Part shown: in pieces, positions 12,491 through 21,098 of the stretch | Numbering within the stretch: the stretch's first letter is position 1 | How the letters are laid out: each line of letters starts with the position of its first letter | The notes under the pieces: model-generated | Database searches by the model: none | What the model was told of the DNA's origin: nothing | Seen by the model: only the letters and a program-made list of their open reading frames with translations | Source: Pseudomonadota bacterium | Lineage (GTDB): Bacteria > Pseudomonadota > Gammaproteobacteria > Burkholderiales > JABEVD01 | Direction of reading: 5' to 3' | Length of the DNA stretch: 64,000 bases | NCBI GenBank assembly: GCA_021848825.1 | Contig: JAJZTQ010000002.1 | Coordinates: 5,129 to 69,128 of the forward strand | Position numbers and translations under genes: made by a program

Positions 12491-13386
12491 TGCTTCCTCA
12501 TGATTTCGACGAAAACATCCTCGAGATCGGGGTGAGGGAGCACCATGTCGACAACCCTGATCCCCGCCTGCCTGATTTTTTCGAGCATCGGCTCGAGATC
12601 CGTGAATGCTTCCAGCTTCAAAACATGGTAGCCCGATTCATGCTGGAGAAGCTCGGTCTCGAGCGAATCGGGCAGGTTGTCCGGGACGAGCTGGAGCTTG
12701 ACCCTTCTTCCCGGGCAGGTCTTGAGGAGATTGCTCGTGGTGTCGAGCGACACGATCCTGCCCGATTTCAGCATCGCTATCCTGCCGCAAAGGGCTTCCG
12801 CTTCATCGAGATAATGCGTTGTGAGCACGATGGTGTGTCCCGATTGATTGAGCGATCTGACGAATGCCCAGAGCGACTGCCTGAGCTCCACATCCACCCC
12901 CGCGGTGGGTTCGTCGAGGATGATGACAGGGGGCTTGTGGACCAGCGCCTGGGCAATCAGGACCCGGCGCTTCATGCCGCCGGAGAGCGCCCTCATGTTC
13001 GTGTCGGCCTTGGCCGAAAGATCCAGGCGATCGAGGATTTCTTCTATCCAGGCTTCGTTTGCGGAAATCCCGAAATAGCCGGACTGCACTTCAAGCACTT
13101 CCCTGACCGTGAAGAAGGGATCGAATACGAGTTCCTGGGGAACGACCCCGACGGCAAGCCTGGCCTCGCGGTATTGCCTCGTCACGTCATGTCCCATGAT
13201 GGAAAGATTCCCGCTGTCGGGGCGTGTCAACCCGGAAAGCAGGTTGATCAGCGTGGTTTTTCCTGCCCCGTTCGGGCCGAGCAGACCGAAGAATTCCCCC
13301 TGCATGATTTCGAGATCGACGGAGTCGACCGCCTTCAGGCTGCCGAACTGCTTGCACGCCTGACGGATTGCTATCGCCGGCATCAT
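12487..13386 (-). CDS. ABC transporter ATP-binding protein (YadG-like)
   Basis: Walker [10 protein letters not shown], signature LSGGMKRR, Walker B ILDEPTAGVD. Start trimmed to ATG 13386 (MMPAIAIRQ), an ATGA overlap with the mlaB stop. Confidence 0.88.
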   Translation of the reverse strand: MMPAIAIRQACKQFGSLKAVDSVDLEIMQGEFFGLLGPNGAGKTTLINLLSGLTRPDSGNLSIMGHDVTRQYREARLAVGVVPQELVFDPFFTVREVLEVQSGYFGISANEAWIEEILDRLDLSAKADTNMRALSGGMKRRVLIAQALVHKPPVIILDEPTAGVDVELRQSLWAFVRSLNQSGHTIVLTTHYLDEAEALCGRIAMLKSGRIVSLDTTSNLLKTCPGRRVKLQLVPDNLPDSLETELLQHESGYHVLKLEAFTDLEPMLEKIRQAGIRVVDMVLPHPDLEDVFVEIMRKQ

Positions 13387-13667
13387 TCTTTCGGCGGAAA
13401 GATGCTGCCGAGTCCGTAAAGCCTGATCAGGCCTTCGAGTTTGGCGTTCGCGTTCCTGAAGGCAAGGGTCCTGTTGCGCCTCTTGGCCGCTCGCTGCCAT
13501 TCCAGCATCATGCTGATTGCGGAGGAATCGGCGCCATCGAGCGTGGAAAGATCGACTTCAGCTGCACCCTTTTCGATCTCGGCGAGCCCTTCGGCCAGAA
13601 CCTTCGTGACATTGCCGAAATTGACCGGGCCGCTTATGGAGATCGTGATGCCAGCCCGGCTGATCAT
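13383..13667 (-). CDS. mlaB: STAS-domain protein MlaB
   Basis: 94-aa STAS-like sequence directly after mlaC, overlapping on both sides. Confidence 0.7.
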   Translation of the reverse strand: MISRAGITISISGPVNFGNVTKVLAEGLAEIEKGAAEVDLSTLDGADSSAISMMLEWQRAAKRRNRTLAFRNANAKLEGLIRLYGLGSIFPPKE

Positions 13668-14260
13668 TTCTTCGCCTCGAGTTCTTTGTTCTTGTCGACG
13701 AGCATCTTGATGAGGCCGTCTATGCCCGCATTGCTGATTTCGGTCTGGAAAGTGCTTCGATAGTTGGTCACGAGGCTCACGCCTTCGACGGCCACATCGA
13801 ATATCATCCAGCCCTGGCTTGTCTTTTCCATCCTGTAGTCGATCGAGATCGGCTGCTTCCCGACCTGGATGATGCGGCTGTGAACCATCACCTGCTTCGA
13901 TTCGGGTGATGCTTCGAGGGGGAGCACCTCTATGGGTTCGTTGTTGTAGGATTCGATCGCGCTCGAATAGGTGTTCATCAGCAGGGTGTGGAATTCGTCC
14001 GTCAGGTTTTTCTGCTGTTGCGGCGAAGCATCGCGCCAGCCTCTTCCGACGGCGAGCTTCGTCATCCTGGCGAAATCGAAATGGGGCATGATCTTGGCAT
14101 CCACTGCCTGGGCAAGTTCCCGCTTGCTGGAATGCTTCGATTTTTCCTGCTTGATGATGGTCGTGACCTGATTCGCCAGATCCTTGATCACCGCATCGGG
14201 TGCGGCCTCCGCATGGGCGAGCAGAGGGACGAAGAAGAGCAGCGCAAAAAGTTTTCTCAT
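13664..14260 (-). CDS. mlaC: phospholipid-binding periplasmic protein MlaC (Ttg2D)
   Basis: Signal peptide MRKLFALLFFVPLLAHA, Tol-tolerance family length and context. Confidence 0.85.
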   Translation of the reverse strand: MRKLFALLFFVPLLAHAEAAPDAVIKDLANQVTTIIKQEKSKHSSKRELAQAVDAKIMPHFDFARMTKLAVGRGWRDASPQQQKNLTDEFHTLLMNTYSSAIESYNNEPIEVLPLEASPESKQVMVHSRIIQVGKQPISIDYRMEKTSQGWMIFDVAVEGVSLVTNYRSTFQTEISNAGIDGLIKMLVDKNKELEAKK

Positions 14261-14270
14261 GATGGCTTCC

Positions 14271-14729
14271 TTATTTGTGATTACCTGCCTTGCTGAAGAC
14301 GAGCTGGCCTATGAGCTTCTCGAGCACGATGGCTGACTGGGTGAGCGTGATGGTGTCGCCGTTTTTCAGCATCTCGTCGTCCGCGCCGGTGTCGAGCCCG
14401 ACATACTGCTCGCCCAGCAGGCCGGAAGTCAGGATGGAAGCCGTTGTGTCCTTGGAGAACTTGTAACGGCTGTCGATCCTCATCGCAACCCTGGCCTTGT
14501 ACTCTTTCGTGTCGAACGAGATCGAAGCGACCCGCCCCACGACCACCCCTGCGCTCTTGATCGGCGCCCTGACCTTCAGCCCGCCGATATTGTCGAAATA
14601 GGCATAGACCTCGTAGCTGTCCGAATTGTTGAAGCTGAAGTTGCCGACTTTCAGCGCGAGCACGAGTATCGCGCCGATTCCGGCGGCGATGAAGATGCCG
14701 ACCCACAAGTCCAGTGTAGTGCGTTCCAT
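14271..14729 (-). CDS. mlaD: MCE-domain protein MlaD
   Basis: N-terminal TM followed by the MCE motif YAYFDNIGGLKVRAPIKSAGVVVGRV. Confidence 0.9.
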   Translation of the reverse strand: MERTTLDLWVGIFIAAGIGAILVLALKVGNFSFNNSDSYEVYAYFDNIGGLKVRAPIKSAGVVVGRVASISFDTKEYKARVAMRIDSRYKFSKDTTASILTSGLLGEQYVGLDTGADDEMLKNGDTITLTQSAIVLEKLIGQLVFSKAGNHK

Positions 14730-14733
14730 TGAA

Positions 14734-15528
14734 TCAAGCTCCCCGAAACATGAATGAGGTCAAAATGAAATCCAGCATCAGAATGACCAGAGATGAAGTG
14801 ACGACAGTGCGCGTCGTCGCGCCGGAAACGCCTTCCGCAGTCGGCGGCGAATCGAAACCTTCGAAAACGGCGATCAGGGTCACGGCGACGCCGAAAACGC
14901 AGCTCTTGATCACGCCGTTCATGATGTCGTCCTTGAAGTCGACGCCTGCCTGCATCTGGGACCAGAAAGATCCTTCGTCCACGCCGATCAGCACGACCCC
15001 GATCAGATAGCCGCCGAATATGCCGGTCGCATTGAATATCGCCGTGAGCAGAGGAAGGGAGATCACCCCTGACCAGAATCGGGGCGCAACCACGCGCGCG
15101 ATCGGGTCGACTGCCATCATCTCCATCGCGGAGAGCTGTTCGGTCGCCTTCATCAGCCCGATTTCTGCGGTGATCGCGGAGCCTGCTCGGCTGGCGAAAA
15201 GGAGCGCGGATACGACAGGTCCGAGTTCGCGCACGAGGGCGAGCGCAACCAGCACGCCCAGCGCCGAAGAGGATCCGTAGCGCTGCAGCGTTTCATAGCC
15301 CTGAAGCGCAAGCACCATGCCCACGAAAAGGCCGGAGACGATGATGATGATGAGCGATCTGACGCCAGTATAGTAGATCTCCCTGACCACGAGATGGGGT
15401 CGTCTTGCGCTCGTTCCGGAGCTGATCAAGGTCATGAAAAAGAATTTTCCGGCGTAGCCCAGGCGCCAGACTGCATCGATGCCAGAATGGCCAAGCCTTC
15501 GCAGAAGGGTAAGGATGCGTTCAAGCAT
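14734..15528 (-). CDS. mlaE: phospholipid ABC transporter permease MlaE
   Basis: Start trimmed to ATG 15528 (MLERILTLLRRLG), 8-nt overlap with mlaF. Polytopic protein, GPVVSALLFASRAGSAITAEIG motif. Confidence 0.9.
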   Translation of the reverse strand: MLERILTLLRRLGHSGIDAVWRLGYAGKFFFMTLISSGTSARRPHLVVREIYYTGVRSLIIIIVSGLFVGMVLALQGYETLQRYGSSSALGVLVALALVRELGPVVSALLFASRAGSAITAEIGLMKATEQLSAMEMMAVDPIARVVAPRFWSGVISLPLLTAIFNATGIFGGYLIGVVLIGVDEGSFWSQMQAGVDFKDDIMNGVIKSCVFGVAVTLIAVFEGFDSPPTAEGVSGATTRTVVTSSLVILMLDFILTSFMFRGA

Positions 15529-16354
15529 GGTTGAGGCCCAATTCTTCGACATAGCTTGCGGCGGGATAATGGAATGGCACCGGGCCGTCGATTTCTCCGT
15601 GGATGAACTGGTGGACGAAAGGCTTTTTCGATGCCCTGATCTCGTCGGGGGTTCCTTCAGCGACGATGACGCCTTCGGAAACGAAGTAGACATGGTCGAC
15701 GATCTGGAGCGACTCCTGGACGTCGTGCGTGACCACGATGGAAGTCGCGCCCAGCGAGTCCGAAAGCTTCCTGATCAGGTTTCCGATGACGCCGAGAGAA
15801 ATGGGGTCGAGACCGGTGAAAGGTTCGTCGTACATGATCAGCATGGGGTCGAGCGCGATCGTCCTGGCAAGCGCCACCCGCCTTGCCATTCCGCCGGAAA
15901 GCTCGTTGGGCATCAGATTCCGTGCTCCCCTGAGGCCGACCGCATCGAGCTTCATCAGGACCAGGTCCCTGATGACGGATTCCGGGAGATCGGTATGCTC
16001 CCGCATCTGGAATGCCACGTTCTCGTATACGGAAAGGTCGGTGAAGAGGGCGCCGAACTGGAAAAGCATGCCCATCTTCCTTCTGGTCTCGTAAAGCGCG
16101 CTCCTGCCGAGTTCACCTATCACTTTTCCGTCGAATTTGACATGCCCTGCCGTGGGCTTCAGCTGCCCCCCTATCAGCCTCAGCAGTGTTGTTTTCCCGC
16201 AACCGCTGCCCCCCATGATCGCCACGACCCTGCCTTTCGGCACGGACATGTTGATCCCCTTCAGGACAGGACGCTTGTCGTAGGAGAAACTGAGGTCGCT
16301 GATTTCCAAAAAGTTTTCAGGAGGCACGGTCATTTTTCCAGTGAGGTGGTGCAC
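15521..16354 (-). CDS. mlaF: phospholipid ABC transporter ATPase MlaF
   Basis: Walker A GGSGCGKTT, signature LSGGMARRVALAR, Walker B IMYDEPFTGLD. The track start is GTG 16354; ATG 16333 is an alternative. Confidence 0.9.
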   Translation of the reverse strand: MHHLTGKMTVPPENFLEISDLSFSYDKRPVLKGINMSVPKGRVVAIMGGSGCGKTTLLRLIGGQLKPTAGHVKFDGKVIGELGRSALYETRRKMGMLFQFGALFTDLSVYENVAFQMREHTDLPESVIRDLVLMKLDAVGLRGARNLMPNELSGGMARRVALARTIALDPMLIMYDEPFTGLDPISLGVIGNLIRKLSDSLGATSIVVTHDVQESLQIVDHVYFVSEGVIVAEGTPDEIRASKKPFVHQFIHGEIDGPVPFHYPAASYVEELGLNHA

Positions 16355-16378
16355 ATTTTAAACCAGCTTCCCGGTCAA

Positions 16379-16405
16379 TGACAGGTTTTGTCTGCTGCTA
16401 TATTG
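16379..16405 (+). promoter_or_regulatory. possible sigma70 promoter for the ABC-ATPase/msh-like unit
   Basis: ATGACA (16379-16384), 15-nt spacer, TATATT (16400-16405), about 24 nt before the TTG 16429 start. The spacer is short, so the call is weak. Confidence 0.25.
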
Positions 16406-16428
16406 AAACAAATTGTAAGGGGGGCGGC

Positions 16429-17148
16429 TTGGAGAGCGTTCTGAAATTCGAGAATGTGGGAAAAAGATTCGGGCATTGCGCCGTCTTGAGCGATGTCGAT
16501 TTCACCGTGCATTCGGGCAATTCTTTCGGGCTTGCAGGGCTCAACGGGGCAGGCAAGACGACCCTGATGAAGTGCATGCTCGACTTCTGCACTGTCGATT
16601 CCGGGAAAGTCGAAATCTTCGGCCTGCCCAGTTCACAGCCCAGATCGAGACGGCGGATAGCCTATCTGCCCGAGCGCTTTCAGCCTCCACATTACCTGAA
16701 GGGATCCGAATTTCTGAACTATTCGGGCAGGCTTTACGGCTCGAAGCATGATTTGGACGCCGTGCGCATCATGATGGAGGATCTGGATCTCGAATATGAT
16801 GCATTGGCGAAGCCTGTCAGGTCCTATTCGAAGGGGATGATCCAGAAAATCGGGCTTGCAGCCTGCTTCCTGAGCGGAAAGGATCTCCTTGTCCTCGACG
16901 AACCGATGAGCGGACTGGATCCCAAGGCGAGGATGCGCCTGAAGAAAAAGCTGATCGAATCGAGGGAAGCCGGAAAAACCCTGTTCTTCACTTCCCATTC
17001 CCTCTCCGACATGGAAGAGATCTGCGACAGGCTGGTGGTGCTTCACCGGGGAAGCATGAAATTCTCCGGGGAGCCGCGATCCCTGAAAACGCTTCATGGC
17101 GAAAGCGATATCGAGCGCGCCTTCCTGAAATGCATAGGCGATGGATGA
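16429..17148 (+). CDS. ABC-2 type (NosF/GldA-like) transporter ATP-binding protein
   Basis: Walker A GLNGAGKTT, signature variant YSKGMIQKIGLA, Walker B LLVLDEPMSGLD. Start placed at TTG 16429 after AAGGGGGG (the track ORF starts at 16378). The stop overlaps the next gene as ATGA. Confidence 0.85.
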   Translation: MESVLKFENVGKRFGHCAVLSDVDFTVHSGNSFGLAGLNGAGKTTLMKCMLDFCTVDSGKVEIFGLPSSQPRSRRRIAYLPERFQPPHYLKGSEFLNYSGRLYGSKHDLDAVRIMMEDLDLEYDALAKPVRSYSKGMIQKIGLAACFLSGKDLLVLDEPMSGLDPKARMRLKKKLIESREAGKTLFFTSHSLSDMEEICDRLVVLHRGSMKFSGEPRSLKTLHGESDIERAFLKCIGDG

Positions 17149-18335
17149 TGTACCTCAGGCATTTCGGACTTTCCTCGCAGCCCTTTTCCATCACCCCTTC
17201 GACAGGCTTCTTCTTTTCGGGGGGAGGAAGAGGGGACCTGCTCTCCGCGCTCGTCTATGCGGCAACGCACGGGGACGGCATCGTCAAGGTGACGAGCGAA
17301 GTGGGCAGCGGGAAGACGATGCTCTGCAGGATGCTGCTCGATAATCTTCCCGAAAACGTCGAAACGATCTATCTGCCCAATCCTGCCATTTCAAGGGAGG
17401 AAGTGGTCTATGCGCTGGCCCTGGAGCTGGGGCTGGATTTCGGTGAAGGCCGCCCTTTCGCCGTGCTGAGGCTCGTTCAGGAAGCGCTCGTCGAAAAATT
17501 CGCAAAAGGGAAAAGGGTGATCGTCCTGATAGACGAGGCGCATGCCATGCCTTGCGAATCGCTCGAGGAGCTGAGACTCCTTTACAATCTCGAATCAAAA
17601 AACAAAAAGCTCCTTCACATCGTCCTTTTCGGTCAGACCGAGCTCGACGGAAAGCTTTCCCTCCCCAGGATGAGGCAGCTCAAGGACAGGATAGTCCATC
17701 ATTTTTCGATCGCCCCGCTTTCGCCTGAATCAACCCGTGACTATCTCGAATACAGGATGAGCCTGGCCGGCTTCGAAGGGAAGCGCGCATTCGAAAGGGG
17801 GGCTGCGCGGTCCATACACCGGCTGTCGAGAGGACTGACGAGGAGGATCAACATCCTCGCGGACAAGGCCTTGCTCGCAGCCTATGTCGAAGGCTCTAAG
17901 CAGGTTTCTTCGAGGCATGTCAGGATCGCATCCCGGGAAGAAGGGGAAACGAGCATCACGGGAAAAATCCCCATGGTTCTCCTTTTCATGCTGCTCTGCG
18001 CATGGCCTGCAAGGCTCGGGATGCTCGCGATGCCGCAGGACATCCTGGGAGAAAGGCTGGCGGCCTCGGTCGATGCGCTTTCGATGCGCCGCCCCTATAC
18101 CATACGCCTTTTCGCGGTAGGGAAGGAAGACAGGGTCTGGCTTCACCGCTTCCTGAGGGAGAGCGGGGATCCCCATTCCATCTATGTCTATCCCGTGAAA
18201 TCGGGCTACCTCGTCCTCTACGGTTCCTATCCGTCGAAAAACGAGGCGAAAAAGGCACTGGAAGCCCTGCCTGACAACTACAGGAAGGCCTATCACCCGG
18301 AAATCTCCCGTTTCCCCAGAATTGCAAATTCCTGA
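17145..18335 (+). CDS. mshM: ExeA/GspA/MshM-like AAA ATPase with TM segment and C-terminal SPOR-like domain
   Basis: MYLRHFGLSSQPFSITP N-terminus typical of ExeA/MshM, Walker A SEVGSGKT, Walker B VLIDEAH. TM at IPMVLLFMLLCAWPA. C-terminus YTIRLFAV...SGYLVLYGSYPSKNEAKKALEALP resembles SPOR repeats. Symbol assigned by context. Confidence 0.75.
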   Translation: MMYLRHFGLSSQPFSITPSTGFFFSGGGRGDLLSALVYAATHGDGIVKVTSEVGSGKTMLCRMLLDNLPENVETIYLPNPAISREEVVYALALELGLDFGEGRPFAVLRLVQEALVEKFAKGKRVIVLIDEAHAMPCESLEELRLLYNLESKNKKLLHIVLFGQTELDGKLSLPRMRQLKDRIVHHFSIAPLSPESTRDYLEYRMSLAGFEGKRAFERGAARSIHRLSRGLTRRINILADKALLAAYVEGSKQVSSRHVRIASREEGETSITGKIPMVLLFMLLCAWPARLGMLAMPQDILGERLAASVDALSMRRPYTIRLFAVGKEDRVWLHRFLRESGDPHSIYVYPVKSGYLVLYGSYPSKNEAKKALEALPDNYRKAYHPEISRFPRIANS

Positions 18336-18378
18336 GCTGATGCTACCTTGACCTTAGTGGCAACAGGAAAACTGAAAA

Positions 18379-20130
18379 ATGCTAAGAATCTTCTCGGCGG
18401 TCATGGCGCTTCTTCTGGCGGCCTGTACCATGCAGCCGCTCAAGCCGTCCGCCCAGCACATCATGGCGAAACCGGGAGGACAAGGAACCATCCCCAATCC
18501 TGTCAGGGAAAGCGTCATTCTACCCCCGCCGAAGCCGCAGGCGAAAATGGCTGTCTACAGCGTTTCCGTCTACAACGTTCCGGTGCAGGAGCTGCTCTAT
18601 GCGCTAGCCAGGGACGCCCATGTCAACATCGACGTCCATCCGGGCATTAGCGGCGTGGTGACGCTGAACGCGATCGACCAGACTCTGCCGCAGATTCTCA
18701 ACCGGATTTCGGACCAGGTCGACATGCGCTTTGAGACGCAAGGGTCGGCCATCATCGTCATGCCGGATACCCCCTATCTGCTGAGCTACAGGGTCGACTA
18801 TCTCGCCATGGAGCGAGACACCAGCGGTTCGGTTGCGATCATCACCCAGGTTGCGACCCCTGGCGCGGGGGTGATGGCAACCGGCGGGACCACCACCTCT
18901 ACCGGCGTCAACAATTCCACGACTTCGGTTTCGAATGTCGCGAAGAACCGATTCTGGGAGACGCTCGTCCAGAACATCAAGGATCTCCTCCACGAGACCG
19001 ACAAGATACTGCCTGCAGGTTCCTCTGAAACGGTCGTTCAGCAGGCTGGCCTTCAGACCACCACTGGAACAGGCGCAAATCCGCCAAAAGCGGCAAAAGG
19101 CGCGCAGTCTTCCCTTGCGACCAGCCCCAATCCCGCGACGCTTCAAAACACCGGCACCACGGTCATCAGGCGGACCACTTTCAGGGAAGCAGCTTCGGTC
19201 ATCGCCAATCCGGAAACAGGGATCATCAGCATCAGGGCGACGTCGCGCCAGCACAGGAAAATACAGGAATTCCTCGACGAAATCATGCAAAGCGCGAAGC
19301 GGCAGGTCTTGATCGAGGCGACCGTGGTGGAAGTCCAGCTGAGCGACCAGTATCAGCAGGGAATAGACTGGGCTGGGCTTGCAAGCGGCGGAAAGGGGTG
19401 GAGCATCGTCCAGTCTCCCACAGGCGCATTGCCTTCTGCCGTCAACCAGAGCCTTTTCGTGCTGAGCTACAAGAATCCCACTTCGAAAGTCGGGAATCTT
19501 TCTGCGACGGTCTCCCTGCTCGAATCGTTCGGCAAGGTGAAGGTGCTTTCCAGCCCGCAGATCAGCGTGCTCAATAACCAGACTGCCTTGCTCAAGGTGG
19601 TGGATAACAAGGTCTATTTCACGATCCAGGCCAATACCAGCCAGAACCAGACAACCACGCTCACCACCTATACCACGACAGTCAATTCCGTTCCCGTGGG
19701 ATTCGTGATGAACGTGACCCCCGAGATAAGCGAAAGCGGCACCGTGATCATCAACCTGAGGCCCACCGTTTCCAGGATTCTCGATTACGTATCGGATCCC
19801 AATCCTTCTCTTCCTGCCAACGTCAAGAACCTGATCCCCGAGATCCAGACGAGGGAAATGGAGTCGGTCATCAAGGTCACCAGCGGGCAGATTGCGGTCA
19901 TGGGCGGGCTCATGCAGGACTCGATCAACAATATCGACGATACCGTGCCCGGGCTTTCCGAGCTGAAGGGGATAGGCGACTTCTTCGCCCACAGGAACGA
20001 TACCTCGACGAAATCGGAGCTTGTCATTTTCCTGAGGCCCTTCATCATCAGGGATGCGAGCCTGGGCGGCGATTTTGCAAAGCTGAAAGACGAGCTTCCG
20101 GACAGCCATTTCTTCGATACGAAACCATGA
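18379..20130 (+). CDS. mshL: secretin, MshL-type lipoprotein
   Basis: Lipobox LLAAC at the N-terminus. Secretin C-domain VLSSPQISVLNNQTALLKV...IPEIQTREMESVIKVTSGQIAVMGGLM...SELVIFLRP. Confidence 0.85.
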   Translation: MLRIFSAVMALLLAACTMQPLKPSAQHIMAKPGGQGTIPNPVRESVILPPPKPQAKMAVYSVSVYNVPVQELLYALARDAHVNIDVHPGISGVVTLNAIDQTLPQILNRISDQVDMRFETQGSAIIVMPDTPYLLSYRVDYLAMERDTSGSVAIITQVATPGAGVMATGGTTTSTGVNNSTTSVSNVAKNRFWETLVQNIKDLLHETDKILPAGSSETVVQQAGLQTTTGTGANPPKAAKGAQSSLATSPNPATLQNTGTTVIRRTTFREAASVIANPETGIISIRATSRQHRKIQEFLDEIMQSAKRQVLIEATVVEVQLSDQYQQGIDWAGLASGGKGWSIVQSPTGALPSAVNQSLFVLSYKNPTSKVGNLSATVSLLESFGKVKVLSSPQISVLNNQTALLKVVDNKVYFTIQANTSQNQTTTLTTYTTTVNSVPVGFVMNVTPEISESGTVIINLRPTVSRILDYVSDPNPSLPANVKNLIPEIQTREMESVIKVTSGQIAVMGGLMQDSINNIDDTVPGLSELKGIGDFFAHRNDTSTKSELVIFLRPFIIRDASLGGDFAKLKDELPDSHFFDTKP

Positions 20131-21098
20131 GCACGCTGATGGATGCAATCAGGAAAGCGGAATCGGAGCCTGAATCAGGGGACATCTCGATCGAGCCCGT
20201 GCCCCCTTCCCCCCACAAGCAGGATGAAAGGCAGGCAGCCGAAAAGCTCTTCGCGGTGAAATCGTCGCGGGGAGGGCGCTACCGATTCTGGATACTGACA
20301 GGCATTGCAGTCCTTCTGGCGGTTTTCGCTGCGGTCTATTACTGGTACAGGATGCCTGAAACGCCGGTGACCCAGCCTCCTCCGGAGGTGGCCGCCATTC
20401 CCCTTCCGCCGCCCCAGCCTGAGAAGGCGTCCGAAGTCCAGGCCGTGCCGAAACAGGAGGAAGCGCCCAAGACTGAAGAGCCGAAGACTGAAGGGCGGCC
20501 CGCCGAGGCCGTCAGCGTGAAGGAGCATCCGGCTAAGGAAATGGTCAGCCCGCTCTCCGTTCGCGGCTACGAGGCGATGTCGGTCAGGAATCTGGATGCG
20601 GCGAGAAGGGATTATGCAAGGCTGCTTGCGCATGATCCCCAGAACAGGGAAGCGCTGCTCGGTCTTGCCGCGATTGCCCTGAAGCGGGGGAGAACCGAAC
20701 TCGCCGAGCGCTATTACAGGAGAGTGCTGCAGATCGATCCTGAAGACCCTGTCGCCACGGCAAGTCTGGTCGACATGCAGAATTCCCCGGAAGGGGAGAG
20801 CAGGCTGAAGACGCTGCTCAGGCAGTCTCCAAATTCGGGCTCGCTCTATTTCAGTCTGGGCAATCAGTATGCATCGAGGTCGCAATGGGCGGACGCCGAG
20901 CAGGCCTATTTCAGCGCCTTCGGGAACCAGTCTGACAATCCTGATTATGCATTCAATCTCGCCGTGAGCCTGGATCACCTGAATCAGCAAGCCCTCGCGC
21001 TGAAGTATTACAGGGTGGCGCTTTCGCTTTCCGGAAAGGGTTTTCCAGGATTCGATCAGAAGGCGCTGGAAGCCAGGATAAGGGAACTCGAAAAATGA
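20127..21098 (+). CDS. mshN: TPR-repeat pilus biogenesis protein (MshN-like)
   Basis: MSTLMDAIRKAE N-terminus, one TM, Pro/Glu-rich linker, C-terminal TPR repeats. Position between secretin and ATPase as in msh loci. Confidence 0.6.
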   Translation: MSTLMDAIRKAESEPESGDISIEPVPPSPHKQDERQAAEKLFAVKSSRGGRYRFWILTGIAVLLAVFAAVYYWYRMPETPVTQPPPEVAAIPLPPPQPEKASEVQAVPKQEEAPKTEEPKTEGRPAEAVSVKEHPAKEMVSPLSVRGYEAMSVRNLDAARRDYARLLAHDPQNREALLGLAAIALKRGRTELAERYYRRVLQIDPEDPVATASLVDMQNSPEGESRLKTLLRQSPNSGSLYFSLGNQYASRSQWADAEQAYFSAFGNQSDNPDYAFNLAVSLDHLNQQALALKYYRVALSLSGKGFPGFDQKALEARIRELEK

